Shown: positions 59,582-64,000 of the stretch, in pieces | How the letters are laid out: the number at the start of each line of letters is the position of its first letter | How positions within the stretch are numbered: position 1 is the first letter of the stretch | Assembly (NCBI GenBank): GCA_043228905.1 | Contig: JBHGNT010000021.1 | Coordinates: 7,378,001-7,442,000 of the forward strand | Reading direction: 5' to 3' | Length of the DNA stretch: 64,000 nt | From: Azolla caroliniana | Taxonomy: Eukaryota; Plantae; Polypodiophyta | Made by a program: the position numbers and the translations under genes | Notes under the pieces: generated by a model | What the model saw: the letters and a program-made list of their open reading frames with translations, nothing else | What the model was told of the DNA's origin: nothing | Databases searched by the model: none

Positions 59582-61509
59582 TTACACATTTCAAACCATC
59601 CAGAGTCTAAATTACAAATGCTTTTGTGGACAAAAGAATAGCATGGCATGCATCCTTTCGATTCAGCAAGCTAAGATAATTCCCACACACCACTTTTTAT
59701 TATTATTAAAGGATTGTCTTCAATAGTATTAAGAAAAAGCGCCTGAAGGCTACAACTTGAACCTAGCTGCCAGGAGGTTACAAATTTTCTTATGTAAAAT
59801 AATCCTAAATATCGAACTTTGTAAAAGATGTTTAGATTTGTTGATATTCAAGAAAGACTCCATGGAAGTTGATATTACCATTGAGGCTTCTGAGTTGACA
59901 TTGTAAACAGGGGCAACTTTTTCCATAAGTGACGAAGCTTTTTCCTTCTCTTGTTCATAGTATCTGGGGAGCCCTGCATATTATTATACTGGCCACAAAC
60001 TATTGCCATCAAGTTCTCCCATATCTCAAGCAACACATCTAAGAGATGAATGTCTATCACATCATAAAGTCGGTTACATCGATATTTCCATAATGCCCAT
60101 AACATTACTATGGTCACTGTTTTCCAAATCTGGACAGATCGCACCTACTTTCAAGGTTGCTGAAAGGGACTAACTAATATCAATCTTCTATTATGTACTC
60201 TCATTGCCTCATGAACATCGTTTGCCTCATACAGCATCAAGCTGGAATGTAATACTCCCCACATCATTGATCCCCATGAGAATAGGCAACCTACATTGAT
60301 TGTTCGGAATAAAGACATGACTTTTTTCCATACTTGTTGAGCAAAGGGACAAGACCATAGGACATACTTGGTAGTCTCCTGAGGTTCATGGCAAAAGCCA
60401 GATTGCTGCAAATTAGGTGCGACATTCCCTTTCAATGAATGACCAACTGGTAGTGCCATATGTACTAATAGCCATCGAAAGAGAATAAATTTAGTTGGCC
60501 CCTTGAATGACCAGATCCATTTCCAGTAGGTTCTCAAATGCAAAGTTGAGACACCCCAGTTGGTCCAATGTTTTTGAGTTGTTGGTATCGTTACATTCCG
60601 AGAGAGCAGTAATGATCTTCCAAGGTTTACTGAGTACTTAAAAAAGGGGACCTTTACGATCTTTTCCCCCAAGGAGTGTGACCAAAGCCAACCCCCCGGA
60701 TCGCATGTTAATCTTGCAACAGGATCTTTTGCGTATAACCATAGGATATCACTCATATGAGCAATTGACGGATAAGGATCAAGGATCCATTTCTTTCCAG
60801 TTTTCGCAACCACTCTGACTGGTGCATTTCGCAAGTCCTGTAGATAACTGCAATCAGATGTATAAGATTGCAATCTATTGTTGTCTAGGACCTCAAAATA
60901 AGAAACACACCATTAGGTGAAACTCTCTTAACAGCCATCAATGTATCATTTGTGAAGCATCCAAACCATAGATGTTCCTGCATGGGTTGGAAGGTTGTAA
61001 ACAACTAAGAAAATGTTGTTAATAAGGTAGCAATCATTATCTTGGCACCATGAACTGATTGTAGATGTGCAAGATTATCTTCTTGTGACATTTGCTGAAA
61101 TTGAGTCCAAGTTCTTACAGATGCAATTGGCTCATTATCCAATTTACCCCAAGCAAGGGGAGTTTGCAGGCCTAATACTTTTCCTACATTATCCCGAAAT
61201 AGAGAATTGGCAAGCATAGGCTGATTAAGTAATGCATCCATGTAGAACGTTTTTCCTTAAGCAAAAATGATTTAATCGCATCCCATGCTCTTATTATACC
61301 TAAAAAAAATCTATTGGATGCAAGATTCTGCCTTGGCATTTTAATATCATTCAAGAACAACCACTTTAGAGAGGGTGACCATATGCTCCTCTTGTCTGAG
61401 GAGTTAACTGCATTAACTGATTTAAAAACATTCCTTTCCAAGCTTCTAATCTTGGCAACAATCCTCTTATCACAAACATAGTCAAGAGAGCTCTTGACTG
61501 CATCAAAGG

Positions 61510-62059
61510 TGTTGAGAAATCGATGCGGAATAGATCACAATAAACGAACTACACGCTGAAGTACAAATTACAGAAATGCCAGAAAAACAAGACACACAAC
61601 AATGGTGCACAGAGATTTACGTGGAAACCCTAAAACGAGACAAAACCACGGGAACAAAACTTCACTATACAAATAGTGGATATACAATAGCGAGAAGGTT
61701 ACAACACTCTGTCGAGTGTATCAGCCACACAGGGCTCTTCGCGTCTGTTGTTACTCACACTGCTATGGCGTCGCTCACGCTACTCTCTCTCACACACTCT
61801 TGCGTTTTTTCAACTTCTACACTTACATTGTTCTATTCTAAAAGTTTGCCCTAGTTGCATATATACTTACGCAACTTTCTAGTTGTTTACATATGTAGCC
61901 CTCATGGAGCACACACTTAAACTATTTATAAGTATAGTCTCCCGAGTTGGCTATTTACACGATTCCGGTTTCGGCCAAGGCTCCTGTTTTCCGACTCTTC
62001 GATTGTCGGCTTTCCGAACAGTCGGATCATCCTCCCACTGGAGGGACATATTCCCAACA
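61510..62059 (-). repeat. Solo LTR (550 bp, copia-like) inserted in the LINE
   Basis: TGTTG...CAACA; perfect TSD AAAGG; GGGTTTCCACGTAAATC motif on the minus strand. Confidence 0.9.
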
Positions 62060-62582
62060 AAAGGTTCTATCAAACCCAACCCTCCATTGATTTTAGGTTG
62101 AATCAACACATTCCAAGCAACTTTGGCTATTATAGGAGAGCCATGTTTCCCCCCTTAAAGGAAATTACCGATCAAGCTTTGCACTTTTGTTATTGTTGAT
62201 CTAGAAAATAGCCACACAGATGCTATAAACCACATTGATGCCAATAGTATTATTGTGTTTGCTACTACAACCTGACCTGCAAAAGACAATTGTTGGGCAT
62301 CCTAATACAGTAATTTATGTTTTATTGATAATAGTAATGGAGATAGCATTACGTTTGGCCTTAAATCTAATCCAACCATACATCCCAAATATCGAGCTAG
62401 CCCACCATGATGAAACCATCGGAAAGCAGGACGTAGATACCACACAAGGTGAGTTTCTGCACCCACCCAAAGGCCAACTGACTTATTCCAGTTAAGTGAT
62501 GCACTTGTAGCATCTGAGAAAACTTGAAATCATTTTGTACCTAGCCGAGATTTCCAATCTCCCCATCAACATAGAGGGTTGT

Positions 62583-62988
62583 TGTTATGTACACATAACG
62601 TTGGTGAGGGTAGGTCACCAATATTTACATTAGTGAAAGGTATGTTTACTAATGTTAAAAAGGGGACTAATGATTGGATAGAAGGAATGATAAGTGCATG
62701 CACTATCATGATTTGGACAACCAATGAATGGAGAGCCTTTTAGAAAGGCACATCTATTCAAGGGTCCTAGCAAAAGGTATAAATATGAGTCTTAGCTACC
62801 CTCTTAATCACATTACGTCGGAAAGTTGTTGTCTCATCCTAATATTCGGTGGTATGGGACGTCGGTGGTAGGTTGGCTATGTCTAGATCATAGCTCAAGG
62901 GTGGTTGGGTGGAACGGGTTCTTCTATCCATTCTATTTTCCTTCTTTTACTTTAGTTTGGTCTATTGATTAGTAATAGACTCTTAACA
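62583..62988. repeat. Solo LTR (406 bp) inserted just after the LINE FADDT motif
   Basis: TGTTA...TAACA; TSD GTTGT/ATTGT; the LINE frame rejoins as ADDTTLYVDG. Confidence 0.8.
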
Positions 62989-64000
62989 ATTGTGTCATCT
63001 GCAAACTCAACATCCACTACAGTGGACTGTGTAATAGGTAATAATATGCCTTTGATACCAGCAATTGACGATCTTGGGTAGGAGGACAAAGCTTCCCCAA
63101 ACAAGATAAAAAGAAATGGGGCAAGGGGGCATCCTCGCCTAACAGAACTGGAGATAGGAAATAGTGTCCCGTATTCTCCAGCGGACAAAATTGAACTAGA
63201 AACATGCCTATAAAGGGCTGAAACACCTTTTATCCATGTGGCAGGAAAACCTAATCTTGACAGCACTACCTCAAGAAAGTCCCAATCCACTTTATCATAT
63301 GCCTTTCCAAAGTCAAGCAATAATACTACAAGTTGTTGTTTATGTTGCTAAGCTAATGCAACCAATTCCCAGAACAAAAAGATATTATCAAAAATACTTC
63401 TATCTTGTGGAAAACTAGACTGTGTGTCATGAATAATAGACAGCAATACATCTCGTAGTGTAACAACAATAGTTTTTGCCACAATCTTATACACAACATT
63501 AAGCAATGTTATTGGCCACCACTTGGAGACTTCATCACACTGAGCATCCGACTTAGGAATCATATATATGATTCCTTTTGTCCATTCCGTAGGCATATTA
63601 GCACTTGAGAATATTAAATTAACTGCTCTAGTAAGGAGAGGACCAAGAAAATCCCAATAATGCAAATAGAAGCCAATTCCTATTCCATCTTTTCCCAGAG
63701 AAACATCATTACATAAGCATTTAGCCGCAACAAAAACCTCTTGAGATGTAAATCACACACCACATTTTTAATATAGATTTAGTTAATGATTCTTAGTATT
63801 GGTCACCACATTCAGAGAAAACATAAATATTGAAAATATTATGGTAAACAAATAATGCATGAGACTTGCACATTTTTTGACACTTGTAATTTTCATATAC
63901 ATATGACAACAATGTGTACAACATTGAGTAAATAAAAATCTAAGTGATTGTTGTGCTAGTGAAGAAACATTTTCTATTAATCCGCGTTCATCAAATTATA

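Larger units (their letters stand above)
59693..63750 (-). mobile_element. Decayed 5'-truncated L1-like LINE (ORF2 RT to zinc finger)
   Basis: PITLLNVVYKIVAK, LDFGKAYDKVDW, VRRGCPLAPFLF, FADDT, YLG, ETTKYVLWSCPFAQQVW; A-rich tail near 59693-59710. Confidence 0.88.

Overview
Eukaryotic, almost certainly land-plant DNA (probably a non-seed plant: moss, fern or lycophyte, judged from the element types and the plant tRNA-Trp/iMet primer sites). The window is nearly all transposon, with no convincing host gene. It is a deep nest of (i) non-chromoviral Ty3/gypsy elements primed by tRNA-Trp with 4-bp TSDs, including one near-complete copy at 48548-55553, (ii) Ty1/copia elements primed by tRNA-iMet with 5-bp TSDs, (iii) the 3' end of a chromovirus, (iv) several solo LTRs, (v) a decayed L1-like LINE, and (vi) an AT-rich 12.3-kb TIR DNA transposon (10205-22539). 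The DNA transposon carries an intron-containing Sola2-like DDD transposase and a convergent multi-exon cargo gene with a RING-H2 finger. The most notable signals are that cargo-bearing transposon with AGTACT-rich intronic arrays, near-universal CpG-centred (NCGN) target sites of the Trp-primed gypsy clade, an antisense Gag paralogue next to a 3' LTR, a candidate -1 frameshift signal, and a 2-LTR-circle-type junction. Boundaries and splice sites were read by eye; family assignments rest on remembered motifs, not on database searches.
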